This document shows positions 47,650 to 61,092 of a stretch of 64,000 nucleotides of DNA, piece by piece; the stretch's first letter is position 1; each line of letters begins with the position of its first letter. Position numbers and translations under genes: made by a program. The notes under the pieces are model-generated. The model worked only from the letters and a program-made list of their open reading frames with translations. It made no database searches and was not told where the DNA came from. The stretch is taken from contig OZ024740.1 of the NCBI GenBank assembly GCA_964016885.1, forward strand, positions 423,274,001 through 423,338,000. The letters are read 5' to 3'. This DNA comes from Eledone cirrhosa. Its lineage: Eukaryota.

Positions 47650-48169
47650 CTGTTAGAACACGAAAAGTGTGAAACACAGAATGTTCACTTTTCGTGTTCT
47701 AACATATATGCCTAGCTTCTTTAAACATTTTTCGGGATAGCCGTGGTGGTGATCGTATGTCATTGGCTAATTTTCAACCAATCAGAGTACCTCTCTCTAT
47801 ATCTCTTCCACTGTTACTTACGCCTGTTTCTCTCTATCTGTTCCGTCTCTATTTATATCTCTTACTCTTTCGCTTTGCACTCCTCCCCTTCAATACCATC
47901 TCTCCCCCTCTCTATATATTTGTTACTCTATCGCTGCACGCTCCTCTCCTTCAATATATCAATTACACACGCTTTAAACTCCTTTATCCCCAGCGCCCCT
48001 ATATATACACCCCCCTCTCCCGCATCTATATTTTAATGTACCGTTGCACCGTGAATATATGTGTCTATATATATATACATATATATTGTATATACACATT
48101 CATGTATGTGTATACACATTCATGTATGTATATACACTGGTTTTATGTGTGTATTGTAAATTTGTACTG

Positions 48170-48274
48170 TTAAAACACGAAACTAACATTCGATTGACAC
48201 TTTGATTACCTGTACAGGCAATAGTTATTAGAATGCTGTTGAAGTGTGTATATATTTTTGGGGGACATCCTGTA
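48170..48274. mobile_element. Tc1/mariner-like terminal fragment
   Basis: Ends TTTTTGGGGGACATCCTG|TA, resembling a CAGGGTGTCCC-type TIR. Confidence 0.45.
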
Positions 48275-49044
48275 TATACACACATTATATATAATACAAT
48301 AAACAGATAAATACACACATATATATATGAGCTTATTTAATTATAAATATTGTGAATTTTTAACTCAGTTCAATTATATATATAAATGGCTTCTACAGGA
48401 CTAGAACTGTTTCATTCGAAAGAAATCATCATAATATTGAGAGGGGGGACTAGATAAATATTTCAAATCAAATGTGTATAAGTTATAAGTTAAAATGTAT
48501 AAATAGAGACGCGATAGTGGAGGTATATCTGTTTAGTGGAACAGTAGACGATAGAATTAAATACAGACGATAATCTCCCTTTAATGAAACAGCAGACGAT
48601 AGAATTAAGGCAATTTAAATTTTAAGCATTTGCATTTTTGCCTTTCATCGTTACGGGGTCGATAAAATAAAGTACCAGTAATACACTGTCACTAGACGAC
48701 TTTCAAATTGAATTGTTGGTTCCATTTCTTTAGTATTTTCAATTGTAGTTATCTACTTAAAAAGCGTTACACGGTTAGAGACATAATTCGTAAGTTATAT
48801 CTTCCCTATTAAACCATTGCATTATTTCGCCTACAATAGAACAAAAATGAAATGTTCTTTAAAGAAACAGGAATATAACTTTATAAAAAAAAAAGTTGCA
48901 TCCGCTTCTTTTATCATTGATAATTTTTTCGTTTTAATATTAATTGTTTTTTGTAGTTGTTTATATTAAAAATCTTACTGTAATATTTACTTAAACGAAG
49001 GCAAACATCTAAACTTATAGATTAATCTTGAGCGAAGGACTAGA

Positions 49045-49129
<85 letters not shown>

Positions 49130-49519
49130 GAAGAATGATAAAATTTCAAGCAAAGAGTTTAATTAGGTATATTTTGTAATATTATTAACTAATTATTATA
49201 ATTAACGCGCATATTTTGCTATCCTCAAACACGTTTACACATGGCATGAAATATAACTAATCCGGGATGGCTAGGTTTCATCTTCTAACTGGATAAACGA
49301 AATCCATTATGTCTTGACAACAACATGAGGTAACATTATGTTATTCACAGACACACTTTGTACACTGTTCCATATCAGAATGTATTTCCTTCGTCACATT
49401 CACAAACAGTATTGAAAATATGTTCTTCGGCAAATAAAAATGTTTTGTTCATAATATTTCAACTAGCGATTGCTCTACTTCACGCACGACCACCATAAAT
49501 TAATGACCAGCTCAACACA

Positions 49520-49692
49520 AGTATTGGTAGAGCGTCAGACACCATGCTTTGCAGTATTGTTATGGTCCTTTGCATTCTAAGTTCAAATCCTGCCGAGGTT
49601 AACTTCGACTTTCATACTTACTAATTCGATAAAATAAAGTACCAGTAATGGACTGCCGTAATGGATTTGTGCCGAAAAATAGAAACACTATT
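49520..49692 (+). mobile_element. tRNA-derived SINE
   Basis: ggtagagcgtcagac...agttcaaatcctgccgaggttaacttc...gataaaataaagtaccagt; sister copies at 48635, 56135(-), 56540 and 59028. Confidence 0.75.
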
Positions 49693-50243
49693 AATGTGCA
49701 ATAAGAGCAAAATATAACGACATTGCTCAATTATTTTATCTAATGTTGTAATAACACAAGGAAATGTTGTTTGTGTATTTTTTTTTATATTTGCTCATAG
49801 GCTTTTACAATTTCGCTCAGCCAACAACTATTAAAAAGTGAGTTGCTTAAGATAACAATTTAATCACAAATTGTTGCTATCTTTTAATACACTCCAACAA
49901 GTCATCAAATTATGTACAATAAAAACAAATCTTATTAATTTGCTCAGGGAATATAAAGAAAATGTATATACACTGATAATTGCAAATGTATGTAAATATT
50001 TTGTTTTTGTATTGTATATTTTATGTTTTCTATTATGTATAATATATTGATTTAATATTGATTGTTTTTTGTAGTTGTTTATATTAAAAGTCTGAAAATA
50101 TTTTTATACATCTTACACTAATATTTATAAGATAATTTATAATAACAATTACATAATCTAATTACATTACAACGATAATTTATTATTAATATATATCCTG
50201 TTTAACTAGAGTTATTACAAGCGTTGCCTTAAAAAAATATTAA

Positions 50244-51200
50244 ACTAGACATGAAAAATGCGCAAGCTCAAAAGTGCCACAGAATGTTATAATAAACCTT
50301 CAAAAGTGTGGGACTAGAGTTGTTGCTAAAAAATATTGTAATCATTATATATCGTACATTCTGTGGCATCCTTTATAAAAATAGCTTAAACCAACGAAGC
50401 CTTTATTTTTACGCTATTTCACTTAGTTAATTCTTAGAGTGTAACATATAAAAATAAATACATCTATGTTTAATGTAATAACAGCTATAAATAATTACGT
50501 AATATTATTATCATATACTCATAGTAACAAAATAATTGTGTTGAAACTTAATATGATGCTTATATGAACGATCAAATCTATAATGATAATTTCTTAAATA
50601 TACTAATAGTAAAATAATTTAGTTATCTATTGTTACATTTTCATAGAACTATAATATTAACAATCGTATTGCATTATCAAATTTTTATCACTACAAACTT
50701 TCATATTGGAATTACCTTAAGCCACTTATTATTACTTCGCTTTCGTACTTTTACAGCTGTAGATATTGCGCTGTATCTTATATCTAATATCAATATCTCG
50801 TGGTAATTTGCATGAAGTGTAAAATAGGTTTATTAATAACTTTAATATGAAATGTATTATACAGGGCTGCGGAGTCGGTCAAAAATTGACTGGCTCCAAC
50901 TCAGGATCCGATACTCCATTATTTCCTAAATTTCAGCTCCGCAGCTCTGTTATTATATTAATTAATTTATTTTATAGTTGTAAATCATATTTTTATATGT
51001 TACACTCTAAGAATTAACTAAGTGAAATAGCGTAAAAATAAAGGCTTCGTTGGTTTAAGCTATTTTTATAAAGGATGCCACAGAATGTACGATATATAAT
51101 GATTACAATATTTTTTAGCAACAACTCTAGTCCCACACTTTTGAAGGTTTATTATAACATTCTGTGGCACTTTTGAGCTTGCGCATTTTTCATGTCTAGT
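50244..51200. mobile_element. 957-bp fold-back element with 213-bp terminal inverted repeats (ACTAG...CTAGT)
   Basis: 50244-50456 is the reverse complement of 50988-51200, with no mismatch noticed; right end abuts (TA)n. Confidence 0.85.
50862..50949. mobile_element. 88-bp hAT-like MITE
   Basis: TIR CAGGGCTGCGGAG / CTCCGCAGCTCTG; 8-bp flanks GTATTATA / TTATTATA. Confidence 0.75.
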
Positions 51201-53246
<2,046 letters not shown>

Positions 53247-53331
53247 CATTCTCTCATACATACAAACACATATATTCACTGCAATCTTTCTATTATACAT
53301 ACATACATATATATCATATATATACACTGCA

Positions 53332-53370
<39 letters not shown>

Positions 53371-53439
53371 GTCATTATCTATCATACATACATATATATA
53401 TATACACATGCAGTCTTTCTTTATATCATACACACACAC

Positions 53440-54270
53440 GAGAGCTAATACCACTGTTGGCCACAAACCATTTCTCTCTAAAAATGAAAGGCAGATTGTA
53501 TGATGCTTGTATACGAACAACAATGTTACATGGCAGTGAGACCTGGGTATTGTGTTCATTGGAAAGGAACAAAGCATGTATGCTCCGATGGATATGTAAT
53601 AGTAATATACACGAACGGCAAAATGTAAATGAACTAAGTGTGAAATTAGGAATAAGAGGGATCAGGTGCTGTTTACTTGAGAGGAGATTACGTTGGTATG
53701 GTCATGTGATGCGTATGAAAGACGACAGCTGTATAAAAAAGTGCAGGGCGATCAAAATTGATGGAAGTTACGGAGTAGGTAGACCCAGAAAAACCTGGGA
53801 CAAGGTGATAAAAACTGACCTTGCACACTTACCTCTCTAAGACAATGTCACTGGATCGAGATCTTTGGCGCCATGCAGTAATACAGAAGACCCACCTTCC
53901 CTTATGTACAAACTTAAACGTACAGTCAGTAGGCACCTCTTAATCCAATATATACTCCACCCTGCACTCCTACTCCATCCTCCCACTTCCACCCACAACA
54001 CCCTTTCTCTGTAAAGTTATGTTGGTACCACAGAATACCCAGCCCACACTGTAAAGTGGTTGTGTAGGAGACATGGTAAAAAAGTTCCCAGCCCACACTG
54101 TAAAGTGGTTGTGTAGGAGACATGGTAAAAAAGTTCCCAGCCCACACTGTAAATGTGATTGGCGTTAGGAAGGGCATGCAGCCGTAGAAAACCTGCCAGA
54201 AACGAGAGGGACACGGTCATCTGACGACATGGAAGATGGATGTTAAACTATTATGATGATGATGATGATA
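53440..54270 (+). mobile_element. 5'-truncated RTE LINE
   Basis: RELIPLLA...KGRLYDAC...GRPRKTW + 3' UTR + (GAT)n. Confidence 0.9.
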
Positions 54271-54283
54271 ATATATATATATA

Positions 54284-55584
54284 TTTCCAAATATGGAAGC
54301 ATGGCCGAGAATCAAAATGCCTTAAAATTAACCTGTCTAAGACTAAAGTTCTAGTTTGTAGGAAGGAAAACAGGGCACCAGTCCTATCTGGGAAATGGCC
54401 ATGCTCAGTGTGTAGGAAAGGAGTAGGCAGAAACTCCATTTTATATCCCAAATGCAAAGTATGGGTACATAAAAGATGTAGTGGGATCACAGGTAAGCTA
54501 ACTAAGAATATAGATTTTACATGTGGCCGGTGCTCTGGTGCAATAAGTAGCAGCAAGTGCCCACAAAATACTAGCTCATTCCATTGCACAGATGGTTCTA
54601 TAGAAATAGTGGACACCTTCCGTTACTTGGGTGACAAAATCAGCAGTGGTGGAGGGTGCTCCAAAAGTACAGTAGCTAGAGTCAGAACGGGATGGAAAAA
54701 GTTCAGAGAGCTTATACCACTATTGGCCGCTAAAGGGTTCTTACTAAAAATGAAAGGCAGGCTGTATGATGCCTGCATACGAACAGCAATGTTACATGGC
54801 AGTGAGACCTGGGCATTGTGTGCAGAGGATATACGCAGACTGGAGAGGAACGAAGCTTGCATGCTCCGCTGGATGTGTAATAGTAATATACGTTAACGGC
54901 AAAGCATAAACGAACTAAGGAAAAAATTAGAAATAAGAGGGATCAGATGTTGTTTAATCGAGAGAAGGCTACGTTGGTATGGTCACGTGATGCGCATGAA
55001 AGACGATAGCTGTATAACAAAGTGCAGGGCAATAAAGATAGACGGTAGCCACGGAGTAGGCAGACCCAGAAAAACCTGGGACGACTTGATAAATTCCGAC
55101 CTCACACACTTATACCTCTCCAAGACAATGTCACTGGACCGAGATCTTTGGCGCTACACAGTAATACAGAAGACCGCTTTGCCTAAGTACAAAGCGAAAC
55201 CTACAGTCAGTAGGCACCTCTAACAAAAATACACCCCGGCCCCACTACCCCCACCCCATCCACACCACCCCTTCCAATGTAAAGTTATGTTGGTACCACA
55301 GCATCCAGTCCGAAACAAATGAGGGCGTGTGGGTGTCACGACAAAAAAAACACAGTCCACGCTGTAATGTGGCCGTGTAGGTAACACGGTAAAAACCTCC
55401 CAGTCCACACTGTAAACGTGGTTGGTGTTAGGAAGGGCATCCAGTCGTAGAAAACCCGCCAGACAGTCCTATACGAGCAAGACAACCAAACTTGCCTCAA
55501 GTGGGAACATTCCCGTCGAAACCCATGCTAGCGTGGAAGATGGACGTTAAACGATGATGATGATGATGATGATGATGATGTTGA
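54284..55584 (+). mobile_element. 5'-truncated RTE LINE with PHD-like insert; in-frame stop at 54894
   Basis: Nearly identical to 26183-27451. Confidence 0.93.
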
Positions 55585-55589
55585 TATAA

Positions 55590-55931
55590 TACAGAAGACC
55601 CGACTTCCCATGAGTACAAGCCGAAGCTGAAGCAAATAGACAATATGCCCTACCCCCTCCCACTGCAAAGTGGTCGTGGAGGTGCCACGGCAAAAAAGCA
55701 CCCAGCCCACACTGTAAAGTGGACGTAGAGGTGCCACGGGGAAAAAAGCACTCAGCACTCACTGTAAATGAGGTTGGTGTTAGGAAGGACATCCAGTTGT
55801 AGAAATTAAGCCAGAATCAGTTCCCATATGAGCAAGACAAGGTCAGCCGACTGGACACTGCACACAACAGGAAAACCCATCTAACCCATGCTAGTGTGGA
55901 AGATCAGGCGTAAAACAGTGATGATGATGAT
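55590..55931 (+). mobile_element. RTE-tail-related short element (variant 3' UTR)
   Basis: acagaagacccg...ggtgttaggaaggacatccag...ccatgctagtgtggaagat + GAT repeats. Confidence 0.7.
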
Positions 55932-56134
55932 AAATATATATATACACATAGATTGACATATCCCAGTAAATTACAGACATAAAACTATTTACACAGCCAT
56001 TTGTAACATTAGACATCTCTATCAGTTGTGAAGTTATATAATCACTTCACAACTAGAAATATCAATTACTAATCTATCGTAGAAACTAATGAGATCAAAC
56101 TCTCCAAATACCTTCCAGCCTCATCTCTATAAAT

Positions 56135-56265
56135 TAATAGTTTCTGATTTAGGTACAAGGCCAATAATTTTGAGAGGAGGGGAAAGTCGAATACCCCCAG
56201 TTTGTTACTGGTACTTTATTTTATCAACCCCTGTAAGGATGAAAGGCAAAACTAACCTCCGCAGA
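56135..56265 (-). mobile_element. SINE fragment
   Basis: tactggtactttattttatcaacccctgtaaggatgaaaggcaaa is the reverse complement of the SINE core. Confidence 0.7.
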
Positions 56266-56539
56266 ATAAAAAAAAAATAATTATGAAATTATTGTGTACA
56301 GTGCTCAGGTGCACTACCGATACTGGCAATTATGATGTCTGGTGCTCTACCAATTTTGGCAATCCACTGCCTTCACATCTTTAAAAATTAATGACATCAT
56401 CACCATCATCATCACCATTTAACGTCCATTTTCCATGCTTCTATATTACTGTACCCATGAATCCTTCCTCTATGTTTTACATGTCTCCATGTAGATCCAA
56501 GGGATCTTTGTCAATGAGTGGCATTGTAATATAATATAA

Positions 56540-56760
56540 GGTAGAGGGTTAGCAGAATCGGTAGGGCGTCAGATAACATGCTTTATAGCATAGGATTACG
56601 CCCCTTTACGATCTGAGTTCAAATCCTGCCAAGGTTAGTTTTGCCTTTCATCCTTATAGGGTTGATAAAATAAAGTACCAGTAATGCACTGGGTCGATTT
56701 AATCAACTTTCCTCTCCTCTCAAAATTGTTGACCTTGTGTCTAAATCAGAAACCAATATT
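56540..56760 (+). mobile_element. tRNA-derived SINE
   Basis: tagcagaatcggtagggcgtcag (A box), gagttcaaatcc (B box), gcctttcatcc...gataaaataaagtaccag core. Confidence 0.8.
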
Positions 56761-56805
56761 ATAATGCAATGGGATATTTAAAAAAAATGAATTCCTGCTT
56801 TAGTG

Positions 56806-56923
56806 AAGGCGTGTGGCTGAATGGTTAGAGAATCGGATTCACAACCTTGCGGTTGTGAGTTTGATTCCTGGACTAGGCGATACGTTATGTCCTTGAACAA
56901 GACACTTTATTTCACGTTGCTCC
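56806..56923 (+). mobile_element. tRNA-derived SINE (second family)
   Basis: gtggctgaatggttagag...gagtttgattcc...gtccttgaacaagacactttatttcac. Confidence 0.75.
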
Positions 56924-57634
56924 TTCTACCTGGAGTGGCAACCGATAGATATTACTAGCAATTGGAAAGACCAACGAAAACATTGTTTCCTCGGTCCGAA
57001 CCAAATGAACTGCTGCAAACTATTCCAGTATCTTACCACAGAACCAAATGAAATCTAGTATTAAATGTTTTTTTTTATGAAGATGTTGATAAAGTTTTTC
57101 TTTTAGTTTTAATATTGTAAATATTGGTAATGTCATAATGAAATAAATTTATAAGAAAATTTAGAATTCAAATTTTAAATATGTTTAATATTAAAATGAA
57201 ATTTACGAACATTTATAAATTAAATTCTTAATAATTGTCATATTGATTTCCTTTCATTTAAAATTTAAATTCTAAATGTTTGAATATTAGTTTCATTTTC
57301 TAAATGTTCAAATATCGATTTCTTTCATTTATAATTTTAAATTTTAGATATTTCTAATAGATTTAAAAATAATAAAATACCACCTTTTTTTCCCTTCTTT
57401 TCCAGAGTGTTAGTTAAAATAACTAAACTGACAAAGAGTATATTAATGGTACTTGCTTTAAACTCAGCCAAACTTTGAGGAATGAAACCTGATACCATCT
57501 GTAAACCATGGAGTCCACTGCTGTATTGACTTTCCTGTCTTTATTACCATCTTAAAATATTCCTAATATTCCTTCCAGTTGCCAGAAGGTTTAATAGATA
57601 ACAACAAGAACATCAACATCAACGACAACAATTA

Positions 57635-58174
57635 CTCTCTGGTCTCGAATAATCGCCCCCTCCCCTCCCCCCAATCCCACTTATTAATTTTTCAGATTCC
57701 TCCCTCTCCCACTCTTATTCCCCACTCCTGCTCTTATCCCCCCCCCAACTATTACCCCCACCCAATCTATCTCCAGCAAAATATTATTTTAATTCCTGTG
57801 ACAATTAATTTTCTTTAGACATTAAAAAACATTAAACATGACAAAGTACATTACTAGAAATCCCATTCGTTATAAAATAAATAGGATGGGTTGGGGTCGC
57901 AATATGTAAACTAAACGTCTAATTCTGGTTTTTTAAAAATCAACATAGAAAAATTACCAATTTTCCAATCCCCCTCCGCTTATTCCAACACCCACCCGTT
58001 ATTCCAACCCCCTTACCCCTACCCCCATTTCAACACCCACCCCCTTATTCCAACACCCTACCCCCATTCCAGCATCCACCCCCTTATTCTAACACCCACC
58101 CCTTATTCCAACAACCCCACTATTACAGCCCCCCCCCCCACTTATTCCCACCCCTATTATTTGGGACCCGAGAG
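57635..58174. mobile_element. MITE with degenerate TIRs and an internal ~20-bp tandem repeat (TTATTCCAACACCCACCCC)
   Basis: ctctctggtctcgaataat ... attatttgggacccgagag. Confidence 0.6.
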
Positions 58175-58462
58175 TTCAATAAATTGTGAGGTTGGAGAGA
58201 TTTTGAAATGTTCCATACTTTTCTCTCTTCTTAATTGTTTGAGTTCTGGCCCAGTTTCTGGTGTTTTACTGCTCCTGGCCAGGATTACAGATTGATTTTT
58301 TGTTTGGGAAAAATTGTTAAAAATAAAATAAAATAAGAGATATTTTGAACAAATTTCTTTTATTTATATTGTCTGAACTAAACTAAAATGTACCAGAATG
58401 TCTTTGGCACACAATAGGTCAGTAATGAGGAGGGTGGGCAGATGTACCAGTACGAATTTGTA

Positions 58463-58635
58463 GTAACTATGGCGACAGTGTGTTGACTATAGCAACGCAG
58501 TGTCGCCACCTGTGGGTAACACAAAAAAATAGCGAATTACTTCCCTTATCTCGGCGTTCTCTAAAAGAAGAGACGCCAATGTAAAACTCAAGAGATTTGG
58601 TTTTTGATTCCAGTCGCCTTTGTCCTGCCACGTGG
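58463..58635. promoter_or_regulatory. Candidate promoter: two RFX X-box-like motifs, a CTCF-like motif and an E-box
   Basis: GTAACTATGGCGAC (58463), GTTGACTATAGCAAC (58482), minus-strand CCCACAGGTGGCGACA (58501-58516), CCACGTGG (58628), in non-repetitive CpG-containing DNA. Confidence 0.45.
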
Positions 58636-59027
58636 ACGTACTTTGTGAAAACGCCTGTTTTTGACCAAGAGATTTTCATATCTCTTCTTGTAATGTAAGA
58701 ATTAAGCCATTGCCGTTTAGCTTGCAGGGTATGTCCTGTGAATTTAATTATGTTGTGTTTTATTAAATGTATCATTTAATAAAAAGATTAGCCTTTTTAT
58801 CGTTAAAGCCCTTCTGTTTTAATTAATAATCTTAGAGAGATGAGATGTCGTTCACACACCTGGACGATATATCGTTCTTTCTTTAAATTAATTTCAGGGC
58901 TTTTCAAGAAAAATAATTAAAACATGATTAAAAGTTTTTTTCAAGATTCTAAATTTCTTTTGTTTTTGTTTGTTTTCTTCCTTTCTAAAACTGCACAGTT
59001 TAGACTCTGCCTGTTTCTCTTCATTAA

Positions 59028-59213
59028 GTGGATTGGCAGTATCGGTAGAGGGTCGGGCGCTATGCTTTGATGCATAGAGTTACGGCCCTTGACATTCTGA
59101 GTTGAAATCCCGCCGAGGTTAACTTCGCCTTTCATCCTTACGAGGTCGATGAAATAAAGTAGCAGTAATGTACTGGGTTATTGCTGGCCTTGTGCCAAAA
59201 GTAGAAACAATTA
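59028..59213 (+). mobile_element. tRNA-derived SINE
   Basis: tggcagtatcggtagag...gagttgaaatcccgccgagg...gcctttcatccttacgaggtcgat. Confidence 0.8.
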
Positions 59214-59339
59214 TTACATGGTAGATACATAATAGAGATCTGCTGAAGCTGTTGTTTCACGTAGGATTTATTAGAGACTGAGTGCCAGGGTTGTAGGGAA
59301 ATAGAAGAATATAGACATACCAGACTAGATTGTTAGAGT

Positions 59340-59548
59340 TATGATGATGATGATGATGATGATGTTGATGTTGATGATGGTGGTGATGATGATGATAGTG
59401 ATGGTGATGTGGTGATGATGATGGTGGTGGTGATGCTGGTGGTGATGATGATGATGGTGGTGGTGGTGGTGGTGATGGCAGTGATACGATGATGGGGGTT
59501 CTGATGGTGATGGTGAGGATGGTGGGGATGTTAATGATGATGATGATA
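59340..59548. repeat. (GAT/GGT)n tract
   Basis: Direct reading. Confidence 0.93.
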
Positions 59549-59710
59549 TTTTCTAAGAAAGTGATTTTACTGAAGTGTTAGTATAGCCGTAGGGTGTGAG
59601 GGAAAGTTATTAAAGACTGAATATATTATTTCATATGATGTTCACATATTAGAAATATATCTATAGAGAGAGTAGAGATAGATAGACGGATAGAGTGGAG
59701 ATAGATAGAT

Positions 59711-60858
59711 TTATTTATTAGCCACAAGGGCGCACAAGAAAAGGTGACAATAGAAAGACACATACCGGGGATTTTACATACAATCGTGTAAAAAATATAA
59801 AACAAACAATTATAACAATCGAAATCCCCAATAGGGGGGAGGCGTTACAAATGGATTGTTTTATACCCCGTTGATAGAACAACCCTCAACTTCAGGAGCG
59901 TGTTGTGCAGGTGCTCCTTTCTTCCTTTTGCTCTCTTCTTCAACCTACAGGTTTATATACAGAGAAGGCCCAATCACTCGGGCCATTTTTGCCACATTCA
60001 CCCACCTTTCAGTAAATTTACTGGGGTGCAGTGCCTCTCTCTCCACTCTGATTCTCCTTCTAAAGTGGTACCTAAAGAAGGGAATGAGTTGTTGCCCGGA
60101 GAGAAGGGCATCTGTCCCTAGTCCTCTCAATCTCGTCCACCATATAACCTCTTTCTCCATAGCCACTATACAGAGGAAAACCGCTTCTCTTTCATGTTTG
60201 AAAGAGGTAGACGGTTTGATCCTTACTATGGACTCGGCAGTCAACTGGATTTGTCCCATACGCGACAGCAGTTGTTCCGCATAGTTCCACAGGTCAGTTA
60301 TTCCCGGGCAGTGTACAATTGCGTGCAGGACGGTTTCAATGTCCTGTGCACATCTTGGACACGTCCTCTTGGAAGGATCCCTGCCGGGGTGTTCGTGCCT
60401 GTGTCACAAACTGGTAGAGCTCCTCGGTAGCACTGCCAGGACAGGGACCTCTGGAAGTTGTCCATAGGTCTCGGGCGGAAAGTCCTACCAAACAGACTGG
60501 TGAGTTCGTCGTCTTCGACGCCTAGAGTCTCTCCTAACACGTCGTCGCCCTTGTGACGTACTAACCCTCTATAGAATGTCAAAGTGGAGTCTCCACTGAT
60601 TGCTGTACCCGCTTGACAGAGGACTGTGAGCACCTGAGCGCATTCAATGTGCCAGGCGCCCATCTTCTTCGATCTTCGCTTGACCCAGGACTGCAGCTCC
60701 GTCAGCGAGACAAGTTGCGGGAAGGCCTGTTTCACAAACCGTGCCCACACCGGTTGGGGGTTGGTGAGGAATACCTGGAGATGCCGTAGTCTCAGCGCAT
60801 GCTTGCGCATCATCAGCCACGGCATTCCCAGCCCTCCGTTGGAAGGGTGCTGACAGAT
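59711..60858 (-). mobile_element. 5'-truncated L1/Tx1 copy (ORF2 C-terminus + 3' UTR) with a 23-bp TSD
   Basis: GLGMPWLMMRKHALRLRHL...; flanks GGATAGAGTGGAG(A/G)TAGATAGAT at 59688-59710 and 60859-60881. Confidence 0.9.
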
Positions 60859-60891
60859 GGATAGAGTGGAGGTAGATAGATGGATAGATAT

Positions 60892-61059
60892 ATTTCTTTA
60901 TTTGCGACAAGGGCGCACAAGAAAAGGGGACAAAACAAAGATATGCCGGGGATTTTACATACAATCGTGTAAAAAAATATAAAACAAACAATTATAACAA
61001 TCGAAATCCCCAATAGGGGGGAGGTGCCACAAATGGGTTGTTTAATACCCCGTCGATAG
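60892..61059 (-). mobile_element. L1/Tx1 3' UTR-only copy
   Basis: Near-identical to 59712-59877. Confidence 0.85.
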
Positions 61060-61092
61060 GGATAGACTGGCAGATTGATAGATAGATAGATA

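Noticed and set aside
51008-51040. Hammerhead in the 213-bp TIR
   Set aside because: Core lacks G5 (CTAAGA) and the stems do not close convincingly.
56540-56923. tRNA genes
   Set aside because: A/B boxes are followed by multi-copy SINE cores and no full cloverleaf forms.
56925-57580. Possible small host exons (acceptor-like tract ending at 57405; minus-strand AG/GT pairs)
   Set aside because: No recognisable protein and splice signals alone are weak; needs RNA-seq.
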